Shown: positions 1 to 10,367, counted from the first letter of the stretch. The stretch: 64,000 nt of DNA from an uncultured Gammaproteobacteria bacterium (GCA_963748215.1 CAVVHS010000003.1:157884-221883); one strand, 5' to 3'. Notes: generated by a model not told the origin, from the sequence alone. Numbers and translations are program-made.

Positions 1-50
1 GCCTGTCTCGGGCAGTGTCTGAAATTCTCAATTCAAAGAGGTTGATTACC

Positions 51-785
51 ATGACAAAAAGCATAAGTTGGGCGAAACGTCTGTGCTCCAGCGGGTTGGT
101 GGCGAGCATGCTGTTGACGTCAGTTACCGGGCCGGCGTTCGCCGATCGCCCGGGCGGGTATTCTGACCGCGATGATCACCGGGACAGCCGCGATGACCGG
201 CGGGACAAGCGCGATGACCGGCGGGACAAGCGCGATGATCGCAGGGACCGTGACGATCGCATTTCCTGGGGCAAGCACAGGGATTCCGGCTATGAGCCCA
301 GGGTACAGGACAGGCGCTACGCACCCGACTATCGCTACCGGGATTACCGCAAGTCGCCGCAGGTCGTTTACCGTGGCAAACCGCGTAACCGGATACGCAA
401 ATACCGTGATGTGGTGATCGTGCGTCCCTACGGCCACTGGTATTCTGGTTATGGACATTATTATCGTGACGATGATGCCTACAAGTGGCTGGCTTTCACC
501 GCCATTACGCTGGGCCTCCTGAATTACCTTAACGAGGCGCAGCAGCGCGAGTACGAGGCGGCACAGATTTCCGCGACAACGGCGCCGCTCGGCGAACCGA
601 TCATCTGGGAGAACGGCGGCGCCAGCGGTGCGGTAATCGCCACGCGTGAAGGCACGACTCCTTCGGGGCGCTACTGCCGCGAATTCCAGCAGAATGTCGC
701 TATCGGCGGTCGGAGAGAGGAGGCCTATGGTACTGCCTGCCGCAACCCGGATGGCTCGTGGGAAGTGATCTCAACAGGTCAGTGA
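51..785 (+). CDS. Secreted protein with R/D-rich repeats and C-terminal RT0821/Lpp0805 (17-kDa surface antigen-like) domain
   Basis: Signal peptide ending AFA; C-terminal YCREFQQNVAIGGRREEAYGTACRNPDGSW motif; ATG at 51 preferred over GTG/GTG-like upstream start. Confidence 0.8.
   Translation: MTKSISWAKRLCSSGLVASMLLTSVTGPAFADRPGGYSDRDDHRDSRDDRRDKRDDRRDKRDDRRDRDDRISWGKHRDSGYEPRVQDRRYAPDYRYRDYRKSPQVVYRGKPRNRIRKYRDVVIVRPYGHWYSGYGHYYRDDDAYKWLAFTAITLGLLNYLNEAQQREYEAAQISATTAPLGEPIIWENGGASGAVIATREGTTPSGRYCREFQQNVAIGGRREEAYGTACRNPDGSWEVISTGQ
168..258 (+). repeat. In-frame ~21-bp tandem repeat encoding RDDRRDK
   Basis: cgcgatgaccggcgggacaag occurs twice exactly, with degenerate flanking copies. Confidence 0.85.
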
Positions 786-1317
786 CGGGAAGCGCTGACA
801 CACGGTATACGAACGTCAGGGCAGTGTTTCCCCGGGGCCGAGGAAACACACTGCCCTTACAACCTTTGGTGTGTGTGGGGTCTGACCCGTTACGTCGAGA
901 TGCATTTCATGAGAATCCGGTCTTACCGGCGGGGTGCAGGTCCGGATAGCCGTACTTCTGTTCCATCTCCAGCTGCATTTTCAGCATGTGTCCCATGCCC
1001 GTGGTGTTCATCATTTCATCCCGCATCTGATCTTCCAGTTCCCGGTCCTCCTGTTTGCATCGCGCGTACGGATGCTCCAGTTGCTCTTTGGTTGCCCATT
1101 CATGCGCCGCAAGGAGGTCGGGAATGGCGTCGCCGGCCCGTTACTTATGTATATCTGCCTGATTGTTATGTAAAAAATGTCCGCTGTCAGGGTATCCGAC
1201 TTTGGTGCAATTGAATTACCGGCCCAGTGGGATAAGCTTCTATGCAACTCCCGGATGCCGGGGTAGGATATTGCCTCACAGTGGCGGCACGTCATTCAGC
1301 TACAGGAGGGTGGAGAG

Positions 1318-1707
1318 ATGCGCAATTACATAACAAGCATGCTTTGTGCCCTGGCGTGTTCCGCGGCCGTCCATGCGGACGACAGGGAAAAAACCCTGTA
1401 TGCCGCGGCCCCGACGGAACGCCCCCTGTGGCAGCAGACCAGCCCGGGGATGGCATCGCACGAGTACCAGCATACCGTGGATAACAACCGGGAAATGGTG
1501 CAGCAGCAGTTGCAGGTTGTCTCCGGTCGCTTGCTGGCAAAGGCCGGCGACTATGGCAAGACCGTCGGATTGCTCGGTGCGGCCGTTGCCGTGGCGGCAA
1601 CCGACCGGCGCGTGAACCTGAACGAAAGCAAGACCGTCGGCATGGTATTCAGGGACACCGCCAGCAGTGACCGCACCGTATTGCTCGAGTACCGCAAGGC
1701 CTGGTAG
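1318..1707 (+). CDS. Hypothetical secreted protein
   Basis: GGAG RBS, signal peptide (AVHA), C-terminal aromatic residue (YRKAW). Confidence 0.7.
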   Translation: MRNYITSMLCALACSAAVHADDREKTLYAAAPTERPLWQQTSPGMASHEYQHTVDNNREMVQQQLQVVSGRLLAKAGDYGKTVGLLGAAVAVAATDRRVNLNESKTVGMVFRDTASSDRTVLLEYRKAW

Positions 1708-1869
1708 CGCAACGCTCAATGCGGTCAATCTGACAACATCACCCAGGCGTGATGACCGGTTGTCCTTTCTTTCACGTCCGCCTTTTTATTCGACCGGTCG
1801 CGGCACCTTTTCTTTCAACGGGATACGGGTAGAATACGGCCATCACTCAGGGAGGGGGATGGCCCGGCG

Positions 1870-3168
1870 ATGCTACCGGCTCGCACGCTGACAATCACGG
1901 GTATCGCACTGTTGCTGTTCGCCGGTGCCGCACGCTGCGACTCGCGGCAGGCCGAACAGGCCTGGCAAGAGGGTGACTACGTGACGGCGTTGCAGGTGTG
2001 GCAGTCACTGGCCGAGGCCGGTGACGGCGCGGCACAATACAACACCGCCATCCTGTTGCTGGACGGTCTCGGCCAGCACCCCGATCCACAGGCTGCGCTC
2101 GACTGGCTGCAGCGTGCCGCTGCGCAGGGCAACGCCGATGCCCGCTTCTGTCTTGGTTATCTCTATGCACAAGGGCGCGATGTGCCCCGCGATGACGAGC
2201 GCGCGGCGCAGTGGTACCGCGCCGCCGCCGCCGCGGGGCACGCCGCTGCACAGCTCAACCTGGCATTGCTCTACCGCGATAAGCGCGCAAGGGGCGGCGA
2301 CGATACCGAGGTCGTCCGGTTACTGCGCGCCGCAGCCGACCAGGGACTGGCCGCGGCGCAGTACCTGCTGGCGGAGCACAATGCGCAGGGTGAGGTGGCG
2401 TCGCGTGATGTGCGGCATGCCAACGCCCTGTACCGCAAGGCGGCCGACCAGGCGTATGCACCGGCCCAGCGCCAGCTGGGCCTGATGTTTCTGAACGGTA
2501 CCGGTGCACCAGTCGACACGGATATGGCCATCCGCTGGCTGACACGTGCCGCACAGCAGGACGATGCCGAAGCGCAGTATTACCTGGGCATGCTGTACCG
2601 CACCGGCAAGGGCGTCGATCAGGACCCGGCGCTGGCGTTTCACTGGCTGCAGGACGCCGCCTGGCTGGGGCATGCCCGCGCCCAGTACAATCTCGGCCTC
2701 ATGTACCGGGAAGGTGTCGGCGTGGAGCGCGACTATCACGAGGCGGCACGCTGGTACCGCGCGGCAGCCGAGCGGGGCGAGCCGCGGGCACAGAACAATC
2801 TCGGCAACCTGTATGTCAGCGGGCGCGGTGTGCCACAGGACTATGTGCTGGCACACAAATGGTTCAACCTGGCCGGTGCCAGTGGCAACGAGAACGGCAT
2901 CAGGAATCGCGACAAGCTCGCGGGGCAGATTACCGGGCTGCAGCTGGTCGAGGCACAACGGCTGGCGCGCGCCTGGTATGACGGTCACGCCGACCGGCCG
3001 CAGGTACTGCTCGGCGATGCGACGGATCCGGTTGCAGTCGATACCACGGGTGACGATGCTGGCACCGCAACGGTAAGCGGGGTGTCAGGTGCGGCCGGTG
3101 CGCGGTCCTGGTTCAGTCGCTGGTTCGGACAGGATAAAACAGTTGCGCAGGGCGGAGGAGGTGAGTAA
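1870..3168 (+). CDS. Sel1-like repeat periplasmic protein
   Basis: Many AQYNLGxxYxxGxGVxxDxxxAxxWYxxAA repeats after a signal peptide. Confidence 0.92.
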   Translation: MLPARTLTITGIALLLFAGAARCDSRQAEQAWQEGDYVTALQVWQSLAEAGDGAAQYNTAILLLDGLGQHPDPQAALDWLQRAAAQGNADARFCLGYLYAQGRDVPRDDERAAQWYRAAAAAGHAAAQLNLALLYRDKRARGGDDTEVVRLLRAAADQGLAAAQYLLAEHNAQGEVASRDVRHANALYRKAADQAYAPAQRQLGLMFLNGTGAPVDTDMAIRWLTRAAQQDDAEAQYYLGMLYRTGKGVDQDPALAFHWLQDAAWLGHARAQYNLGLMYREGVGVERDYHEAARWYRAAAERGEPRAQNNLGNLYVSGRGVPQDYVLAHKWFNLAGASGNENGIRNRDKLAGQITGLQLVEAQRLARAWYDGHADRPQVLLGDATDPVAVDTTGDDAGTATVSGVSGAAGARSWFSRWFGQDKTVAQGGGGE

Positions 3169-3818
3169 TGCGGGCAGCAGGCAGTATCCCGAACATACGT
3201 GTCGGTGCGCTCTCGGGCATGGCGCTGCTGCTGGTTGCCTGCAGCACCGGCGGGCCGGCGAAACCCGCCGCCGCGTCATTGCCGAACGCAGGCACCGATA
3301 GTTCCCCGGAGCAGCGCCTGCTGGCGCTGGAGGCCGGCCTGCAACAGCTCGCGCAACGCGTCGAGGCCCTGCAGGTCGCGGCCGGCTCGGCGCGCGGTGA
3401 CTACCTGACAAGCGCGCGCACCGACCGGCTGCCTTCGGAGTACCAGCCAGTCCGGCCGGGCGTCGTGCTGGCCGCGCACCCGGTGCGCAGGGCGACCGTG
3501 CCGGCCGCGACACCCTTACCGGCGACCGAACCGCCGCCAGCGCCGGTGCAGCAACCGGCGCCGAAGCTCCAGCCGCCCGGCGAGGGTGACTGGGTCATCA
3601 ACCTGGCTTCCTATAACAGCCGGCGTATTGCCAGCAGCAAGCTGGCGGAGTTCGTCGACGCGGGTGTGGCCGTGGAACAGGTCAAGGCCGAGGTCAACGG
3701 CAGCACGGTGTACCGTTTGCGCGTGCCGGGTTTCGACTCCTACCGTGCGGCCAGCGCGGAGGCCGGTGCTATCCGCGTGCAACTGGGCCTCGCCGATACC
3801 TGGGTGGCGAGGCGCTGA
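3168..3818 (+). CDS. SPOR-domain lipoprotein
   Basis: Lipobox LVAC, Pro-rich linker, C-terminal WVINLASY...YRLRV SPOR-like domain; TAATG coupling to the Sel1 gene. Confidence 0.82.
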   Translation: MRAAGSIPNIRVGALSGMALLLVACSTGGPAKPAAASLPNAGTDSSPEQRLLALEAGLQQLAQRVEALQVAAGSARGDYLTSARTDRLPSEYQPVRPGVVLAAHPVRRATVPAATPLPATEPPPAPVQQPAPKLQPPGEGDWVINLASYNSRRIASSKLAEFVDAGVAVEQVKAEVNGSTVYRLRVPGFDSYRAASAEAGAIRVQLGLADTWVARR

Positions 3819-3904
3819 CAGGCTTGAAAAACAGGGGCCGTCACCCGATGGTTGTTCGTATTGTCACACCCGGGATCTGATCCGGTTTTTCAGGAGTAAA
3901 TACG

Positions 3905-4126
3905 ATGTCCGTAGAACGCACACTGTTTGCCTTTGGCGGCACCATGGTCATGCTGACCTCGTTGCTGGCGCTGTTCCATCATCCCAACTGGACCTGGTTG
4001 ACCCTGTTCATCGGGTTCAACTGCCTGCAGAGTTCGTTTACCGGCTTTTGCCCGCCGAGCTGGCTGATGAAAAAGTTCGGCATGAAAACCGAAGCCGAGC
4101 TGGCCGTGGAGAACCTGCAGATATAA
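3905..4126 (+). CDS. DUF2892/YgaP-like small membrane protein
   Basis: Two hydrophobic segments and QSSFTGFCP motif; AGGAG RBS. Confidence 0.88.
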   Translation: MSVERTLFAFGGTMVMLTSLLALFHHPNWTWLTLFIGFNCLQSSFTGFCPPSWLMKKFGMKTEAELAVENLQI

Positions 4127-4146
4127 AGCCCACTCCGGGGCCCGGG

Positions 4147-5037
4147 CTACTTCGCCTTTGCCGTAATCCGGTTCAGTCTGTCGATGGTGGCCTGGCTGTT
4201 GTCAAGACTCAGGATCAGTGCCGTCAGCATGCGGCCTTCGCTGCTGTTGCCGGCCTGTTCCAGTTGCGTGATGAGCGTCGGTAGCACCGAGGCGCCGCCG
4301 ATTTCCGCCAGTGCATACTCGGCCTTGACGCGCACGGACTGCGAGGGGTGCTCCAGCAGGTGTTTCGCGCTGGCTACCGTGGATTCCGGCAGCCGGTAAC
4401 CGTAGCGCCGCTTGTAGATGCCATAGGCCCTGAATGCCGCGGCGTGCGATTCGGGGAACCGGTCCATGTCGCCCTGCAGGATCATTTCCAGTGTGCCGAT
4501 CATGGCGTCATCCGGCGGATACATGAGCACCCAGGCATCGATAGCGCGACCCCGCACCGTGTCGTGTTCGCTGTGTGCGATGACGTTTTCCAGTGCAGCC
4601 TTGATGGCCTCGGATTCAGAAATCGCCGGGATTTCGGTGGTGCGCTGCATGAGTGCCAGCACGTTGGCAATCGACGCGGCGGGTTCCGCCACGTACTCGC
4701 TGTCATCCTGCAGCAGCCCGGCCAGCGTGTCATACGTTTGCGCGAAATCTTTCAAATACTCTCCGTTTACAGCGCCCGGATTCTTGTAGGTGTTCAGCGC
4801 CAGCAGCAGGTTGTCCAGGAACAGTCCCTTGTCCCGTACACTGCCCTGCACGGCCTGCTGGAAGATATCTTTGGCCGCGATTTCCCGTGTGGTAGCGACT
4901 GCGTCTGTGCCTGCACGCAGCGTGAGTTCGGGATGGATGGCGAGTGCGCTGGTGATGTACGGTTTGAGCAGCACGCCTGCGGCCAGCCCGATCCCCATGG
5001 TGAAAATTAACATTACAGCATTTCTGGTTATGTGCAT
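4147..5037 (-). CDS. Membrane-anchored HEAT-repeat protein
   Basis: C-terminal part of the 1378-aa ORF; N-terminal TM helix; LLEHPSQSVRVKAEYALAEIG HEAT-like repeat; start uncertain (5037 or 5073). Confidence 0.65.
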   Translation of the reverse strand: MHITRNAVMLIFTMGIGLAAGVLLKPYITSALAIHPELTLRAGTDAVATTREIAAKDIFQQAVQGSVRDKGLFLDNLLLALNTYKNPGAVNGEYLKDFAQTYDTLAGLLQDDSEYVAEPAASIANVLALMQRTTEIPAISESEAIKAALENVIAHSEHDTVRGRAIDAWVLMYPPDDAMIGTLEMILQGDMDRFPESHAAAFRAYGIYKRRYGYRLPESTVASAKHLLEHPSQSVRVKAEYALAEIGGASVLPTLITQLEQAGNSSEGRMLTALILSLDNSQATIDRLNRITAKAK

Positions 5038-5241
5038 TGCTGTGTTTCCGGGCGGTCCCTGCAGAAGCGCCATAGCGTAGCGCCTGCTATCCGCAATGTC
5101 ATGCACTGGATGGAAAAAAACCAGCGGCACGTCCTGCCGGCCGGAATCGCAATCCGGATAGCCCGCTTTTTGCCGTGCTAGTGGAGGATTACCCAATCCT
5201 GTTAATCCCGATTCTGGTTTGATCTGATAACATCCCGAACC

Positions 5242-8200
5242 ATGGTCCAGCTCCCCACCGTTCCCGAGGCCGACACTCGCGATGCCATCACCGCGACGCC
5301 GTTCGATGACTATGAGCTCATCGACTTCGGCGGTGGGCGCAAGCTGGAGCGCTGGGGAAACTACCGGGTGGACAGCCCGGACCGGCAGGCGACCGGCCTG
5401 CCCGCCGACCGCCAGTGGAGCGCGGACTGGGTCTATGTCGCCGATCTCGGCGTGCAGGGGCACTGGCAACCGACGCGCGACGGCCTGCCGCGCGAGTGGA
5501 CGGCCAGGATCGGCGACCAGGATGTCTTGTGCCGGCCGGACGCGCGCGGGCATGTCGGCCTTCGCGGCCGCGATATCCCCTGTGCGCAATGGGTACGCCA
5601 GCGCATCGACGGTTGCTATGACCTCGAGGAAATCAACCTGCTCAACCTGTTCGGCGGCAACGGCTACGTTTCCGCGCTGGCACTGCAGGCCGGCGCCTCC
5701 GTGGTGCACGTTGATGCCAACACCGACATGTTGTCCCTGGCGCGCGTGCATGCCGGTACGCGCAATATCGAATATGTGCACGACGACGTGATGGACCACG
5801 TCGAACACCTGCTGCGCAGCCAGCGGCGGTTCGAGATGGTGATCCTGCCGATCCCGCCCGTCGGTCACGGGCCGCGCGGGCAGATGTGGGACCGCGAGGT
5901 CGACATGGCGAAGCTGGTGAAGTACCTGCCCCGGCTGCTGTCGAAAAACTCGCTCGGCGTATGGCTGTCGACCGACGGCGGTGCGATCACCTGGAAGGCC
6001 GAAGGCCTGGGCCAGCTGCTGCGCGAGGCATTGCCCGGCTGCACGATCGAACCGCTGCATCTTGGCGTGCAGACCGCAGACGGGCGCGTGTTGCCGGCCG
6101 GCGTCGCGGCACGCTGGTACGACGCCACCGAGTTCCTGCAGACCAGCGGCCTGCCGCTGACCGCCGCGCAGCTGGAGGAGCGGCTCGATATCCACATGAT
6201 CTCGCTGGGTGCGGCCGAGGAACCGGCGCGGGCGCTGGCCGGCTTCCCGCGCGACCAGCAGGATTTCGTGCTGCACTGGGTGAGCGTGGTGGGGCGCACC
6301 AGTTCCGGCATGGCGCTGAACTTCGTCTCGCATGTCTGCCCGGCGCTGCGCCTGATGGACATGGCCGGGGTCGAGGCCTGGCTGCTGGCGTGCATGGATA
6401 TCTACGACACGAAGGGCCTGCACCCGGCGGTGGCGACATTCAGGGACGTGGAGCGTTTTGCGCACGAGCACAAGGCGCGCGCGACCGGCGTGGCGTTCGA
6501 TGAGGTGGTGAGCGTGCTGGAGATGTTCGTGCACGGCCTGAGCGGGCGGCGCCTGAAAATCGAGTGCGGCGAGCAGGCGTATACCGATACCGAGACGATC
6601 TTCCTGCCGGCCACCGTCGCGCACTACGCGGCGCGTGATGACAATTTCCAGCTCTACAAGGTCATGGTCGTGCACCAGTGGGCGCAGACCTGGTATGGCA
6701 CCTGGCGCATCGAGCCGGCCGAGGTGTTCGGCCGGTTTGCCGATGCCGGTCATACCGTGCAGTGTTTCCATGTGCTGGAGACGCTGCGTCTGGATGCGCG
6801 CATACGCGATACGCTGCCGGGGTTGTACCGTCACCTCGAGCGCTTCCGTGCCGACAGCGTGTTCGAACTCGATCCCGACTGGCGGGAAGCGGCCGCGGCA
6901 CTGGCGCGCCCGGAGGCGCGGGTCGAGGACACGCTGGTCTGGCTGCAGCGGCTCATCAATAAGCCGCTCCCGGGCCATACCCTCTACCACGGCGTCATGC
7001 GTCCGGACCTGGTGGAGAAGGTGCGCAGCGCGCGCATCGATGCCGATCGGCAGGCGTTCCGCCTGCATATGCTGCGCCTGGCGCAGGACCTGCACGAGGC
7101 GGAGGAGGCGGTGGAGGAAGAGCCCGCGGCCGCGCAGGAGGAACCCGACAGCGGCGAGCGGCGCCTGCCGTTCGAGCTGAAGCGGGTCGAGTCGGACGAA
7201 AACCCGGATGGTTTCGTGTACCGGATGGAGCTGGACGGCAAGCCGGTCGCGCCGCCCGACAACGTGAAGGGCACCATGGCCTCGATCTTCCAGGACCTGG
7301 GCGAGATCCCGGAGGACTACCTGTACGCGGCCGGCGACGGCGCCTACCTGGCGGAGGCGATCGGCGCACAGAATGTCGAGGACGTGTGGAAGGGGACCTA
7401 CCACGAGGAGGGTGCGTTCCTCTACAACGAGTGGGACTACGAGCGCCAGAACTACCGCAAGAACTGGGCGGTGTTGCGCGAACTGGAGGTCAGCCCGGCC
7501 GATGACAGCTTCGTGCGCGACACGCTGCAGAAATACCGCGGCCTGACAGCGCACCTGCGCCGTACCTTCGAGGCGCTGCGTGGCGAGGACAAGCTGCTCA
7601 AGAAGCAGCCCTACGGCGACAACGTCGATATCGATGCGCTGGTCGAGGCCTATGCCGACTCCACCATGGGCATGGAAATGACCGAGCACCTGTTCACCAA
7701 GATGCACAAGCTGGAGCGTGACATCGCGGTGATGTTCATGGTCGACATGAGCGGTTCCACCAAGGGCTGGATCAATGACGCCGAGCGCGAGTCGCTGGTG
7801 CTGCTGTGCGAGTCGCTGGAAACCCTCGGTGACCGCTATGCCATCTACGGTTTCTCCGGCATGACGCGCAAGCGCTGCGAGGTGTACCGCGTGAAGCGCT
7901 TCGACGAGGCCTATACCGACGAGGTGCGCGGGCGTATAGCCGGCATCCGCCCCAGGGACTACACGCGCATGGGCGTGACCATCCGTCACCTGTGCCACCT
8001 GCTGAACGAGGTCGAGGCGCGCACCAAGCTGCTGATCACGCTGTCCGACGGCAAGCCGGATGACTACGATACCTACCGCGGCGCCTACGGCATCGAGGAC
8101 ACGCGCCAGGCGCTGGTCGAGGCGAAGCGCATGGGGATCCACTCCTTCTGCATCACCATCGACAGCGAGGCGCGCGACTACCTGCCGCATATGTACGGCG

Positions 8201-8280
8201 CGGTGAACTATGCCGTCATCGACGAGGTGCGCAAGCTGCCGCTCAAGGTGTCGGATATCTACCGGCGGCTGACCACGTGA
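5242..8280 (+). CDS. Fusion: RlmI/RlmK-like class I SAM methyltransferase domain + CbbO/NorD-family VWA protein
   Basis: N-terminal YELIDFGGGRKLERWG and LLNLFGGNG..VVHVDA; C-terminal MIDAS VDMSGST, YTRMG, LSDGKPDDYD typical of NorD/CbbO. Confidence 0.85.
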   Translation: MVQLPTVPEADTRDAITATPFDDYELIDFGGGRKLERWGNYRVDSPDRQATGLPADRQWSADWVYVADLGVQGHWQPTRDGLPREWTARIGDQDVLCRPDARGHVGLRGRDIPCAQWVRQRIDGCYDLEEINLLNLFGGNGYVSALALQAGASVVHVDANTDMLSLARVHAGTRNIEYVHDDVMDHVEHLLRSQRRFEMVILPIPPVGHGPRGQMWDREVDMAKLVKYLPRLLSKNSLGVWLSTDGGAITWKAEGLGQLLREALPGCTIEPLHLGVQTADGRVLPAGVAARWYDATEFLQTSGLPLTAAQLEERLDIHMISLGAAEEPARALAGFPRDQQDFVLHWVSVVGRTSSGMALNFVSHVCPALRLMDMAGVEAWLLACMDIYDTKGLHPAVATFRDVERFAHEHKARATGVAFDEVVSVLEMFVHGLSGRRLKIECGEQAYTDTETIFLPATVAHYAARDDNFQLYKVMVVHQWAQTWYGTWRIEPAEVFGRFADAGHTVQCFHVLETLRLDARIRDTLPGLYRHLERFRADSVFELDPDWREAAAALARPEARVEDTLVWLQRLINKPLPGHTLYHGVMRPDLVEKVRSARIDADRQAFRLHMLRLAQDLHEAEEAVEEEPAAAQEEPDSGERRLPFELKRVESDENPDGFVYRMELDGKPVAPPDNVKGTMASIFQDLGEIPEDYLYAAGDGAYLAEAIGAQNVEDVWKGTYHEEGAFLYNEWDYERQNYRKNWAVLRELEVSPADDSFVRDTLQKYRGLTAHLRRTFEALRGEDKLLKKQPYGDNVDIDALVEAYADSTMGMEMTEHLFTKMHKLERDIAVMFMVDMSGSTKGWINDAERESLVLLCESLETLGDRYAIYGFSGMTRKRCEVYRVKRFDEAYTDEVRGRIAGIRPRDYTRMGVTIRHLCHLLNEVEARTKLLITLSDGKPDDYDTYRGAYGIEDTRQALVEAKRMGIHSFCITIDSEARDYLPHMYGAVNYAVIDEVRKLPLKVSDIYRRLTT

Positions 8281-8505
8281 CAATTGCTCCTGCGGAGTCG
8301 CCGGTGCATAAGATCTTCACGGAACGCGTTTGCTACGGGTTCAACTAACGGGGTGCAGGAGCGCATGACTGCATGGATGCACGCGTCCATGGAGAAGGTG
8401 AGATCATTTTTACGGTCATTGCCCGGGTCGAGAAGCTGGTCTGGGCCATGCCAGAGCCGAGAGCACCAACAGTAGGCGCCCTGGGCGATGCATGGAGCAA
8501 TTGCC
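8281..8505. repeat. Structured intergenic element with terminal inverted repeat and GGA-loop hairpins
   Basis: CAATTGCTCC (8281-8290) / GGAGCAATTG (8494-8503); hairpins TGCATGGATGCA (8370-8381) and GGCGATGCATGGAGCAATTGCC (8484-8505). Confidence 0.45.
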
Positions 8506-8620
8506 GAGGCCTATGCGAACCCACTTGATGCGCAACGGTTCGCGGGAGATATGCCCGCGTTGATAGCGGGCCGCGTGGCGACTGACGGCGCTGTTCCTGC
8601 GGGCTCCGGCCGTGCCAGGC

Positions 8621-10367
8621 TCAGCCTGCGGCCGGGCGGGCAGCTTGTTGCGCGGTGGCGCCAGCCACTTGATCCTGTCCGGACTCCGCAGTGTGAACGG
8701 TGATCTGGGTGAACGGGATCACCCAGCCTTCGCGGTTGCAGGTGTCCACGCAGGCCTGCTGCACCAGGCGCTGGGCCTTGAAATACGCCTTCGCTGCGCT
8801 GCCCTTCAGCACCAGGTAGATCTGGTAGTCCAGCGAACTGGCACCGGCGATCTTGAATTCGACCAGGATGTCACGGATGTCGTCGCCGAATCCCGCCTGC
8901 CGGAAGCGCTCGAGAATCGCCTCGCGGAAGCGGCCGGGCACCGTGTCCAGGCAGATGGCCTGGTGCTGGTAGTCGATACCGAAGGTGCCGGCGATGCCGA
9001 ACCCCTCGCGCGACAGGTTACGGACATTCTGACCGAGCAGGTCGCGGGTGCGGACCTGGAGCACGGCGTCCTGAATACCGATCTCGACCAGTTCGATGGT
9101 CTGGCGCAACACCCTGCCGAGACTGCCGTTGTCGAGGAGCAGGAAGTCGCCGGGCTGGCAGGGGAACCAGGGTTCCTCCCCGGCAGGCCGCGATGCAAAG
9201 TCATTCATGGCATGCAGGGGCAGCCGCACGACGCCCTCGAGGGCGGGGTTCCTCAGCACCGAAAAGACGCTGAGTGATTCCACCAGGAGCGGAATGCCGT
9301 CCAGCACCAGCCGTTCGTTTTCGCGCACCGGGCCGACACCCAGCAACAGCCGTATTTCCGCGGCGTAGCGGGGGAGGGTCTGTCGCAGGGCGAGCGCGGC
9401 GCCGGCCAGCGCGATCAGGGCGAGGGTGAGAAACAGTACGTCGCCACGCACATAAAACACCATGAGCGTGGCCACTATGATGAGGGCTGCCGTGGCCAGC
9501 CGGAAGCTGTAAAGTACCAGCGGGGCCCGGGTGACGCCGATATCGCGCGGGGTCCGATAGGCCCATCCCAGGTAGAACTTGAGCATCAGCTTCAGGATCA
9601 GCCAGATGAGCGTGCCGATGGCAACGGCCAGCAGCAGGGTGAGGCCGCGCCCGGTGAAAAATTCCTTAATCGCTTCCCCGCTCGACGCCCGCCACGCAAT
9701 GCCTTCCGATTTCAGGCTGTCGCGCTTGAAACGGGATATCTCCAGGGCGCGTTCCGTATCGTCCCGGCGCTGCTCCCAAGTGACCAGTAACTGCCTGATC
9801 GGGTCGGCTGCCGCGGGCGGGAGATCCTGGGTCGAGAATAACCGGATCGATTCCAGCGCCTTGTCGATTACCTTGAGCTGGTTTTCCTGTCGCTCGATAT
9901 CCCTGCGCAGGCTGTCCAGCTGGCGCGGTTTCGCGGTCAGTTCCTTGAGCTGAAGACAGGAGCGGACGGCTGATCTGCTCGATTTCCACGCGCCAGTCGA
10001 TCGGCTGTTCGGGCTGGTCCGCCAGGACCGACAGATTGATATTGCCAAGCGCGATATGCTCGAATGACTGCTGCAGTTCCGCTACTTCATTCCTGATGCG
10101 CTCGATCTTCCGTTCGACTTCCTGCCGCTCGGTTGCTTCCTCCAGCGTTTTCAGCTGTTCCCTGAGCTCGCGAAGGGTGCTGCGCTTTGCCTCGACGGAG
10201 CGCTGGATGGATGCCAGATTCTCCGCCGCGGTCTGCAGCCTGACATCGGCGGCGCCCTGGACCGGGTGTTCCTGCGGCTGTGCAGGTGCCTGGCAAGGCA
10301 GTAATGCGGCTGCCAGCAGTACGAGCAGGGCGAGCGCGCTGGAAGATTTACCGGGTGCGTGAACCAT
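8621..10367 (-). pseudogene. Large MscS-like membrane protein with periplasmic coiled coil, interrupted by a +1 frameshift near 9952
   Basis: Signal peptide and coiled coil in one frame (..ISRPLLSS) continue as LKELTAKPRQ in the next frame; C-terminal IPFTQITVH is typical of MscS ends; may be an assembly error. Confidence 0.65.

Noticed and set aside
168-258. Tandem repeat as a mobile or regulatory array
   Set aside because: In-frame low-complexity coding repeat within a secreted protein
4147-8283. 1378-aa minus-strand ORF
   Set aside because: Mostly the antisense shadow of the MTase-NorD gene in GC-rich DNA; only the last ~300 codons look like a real protein
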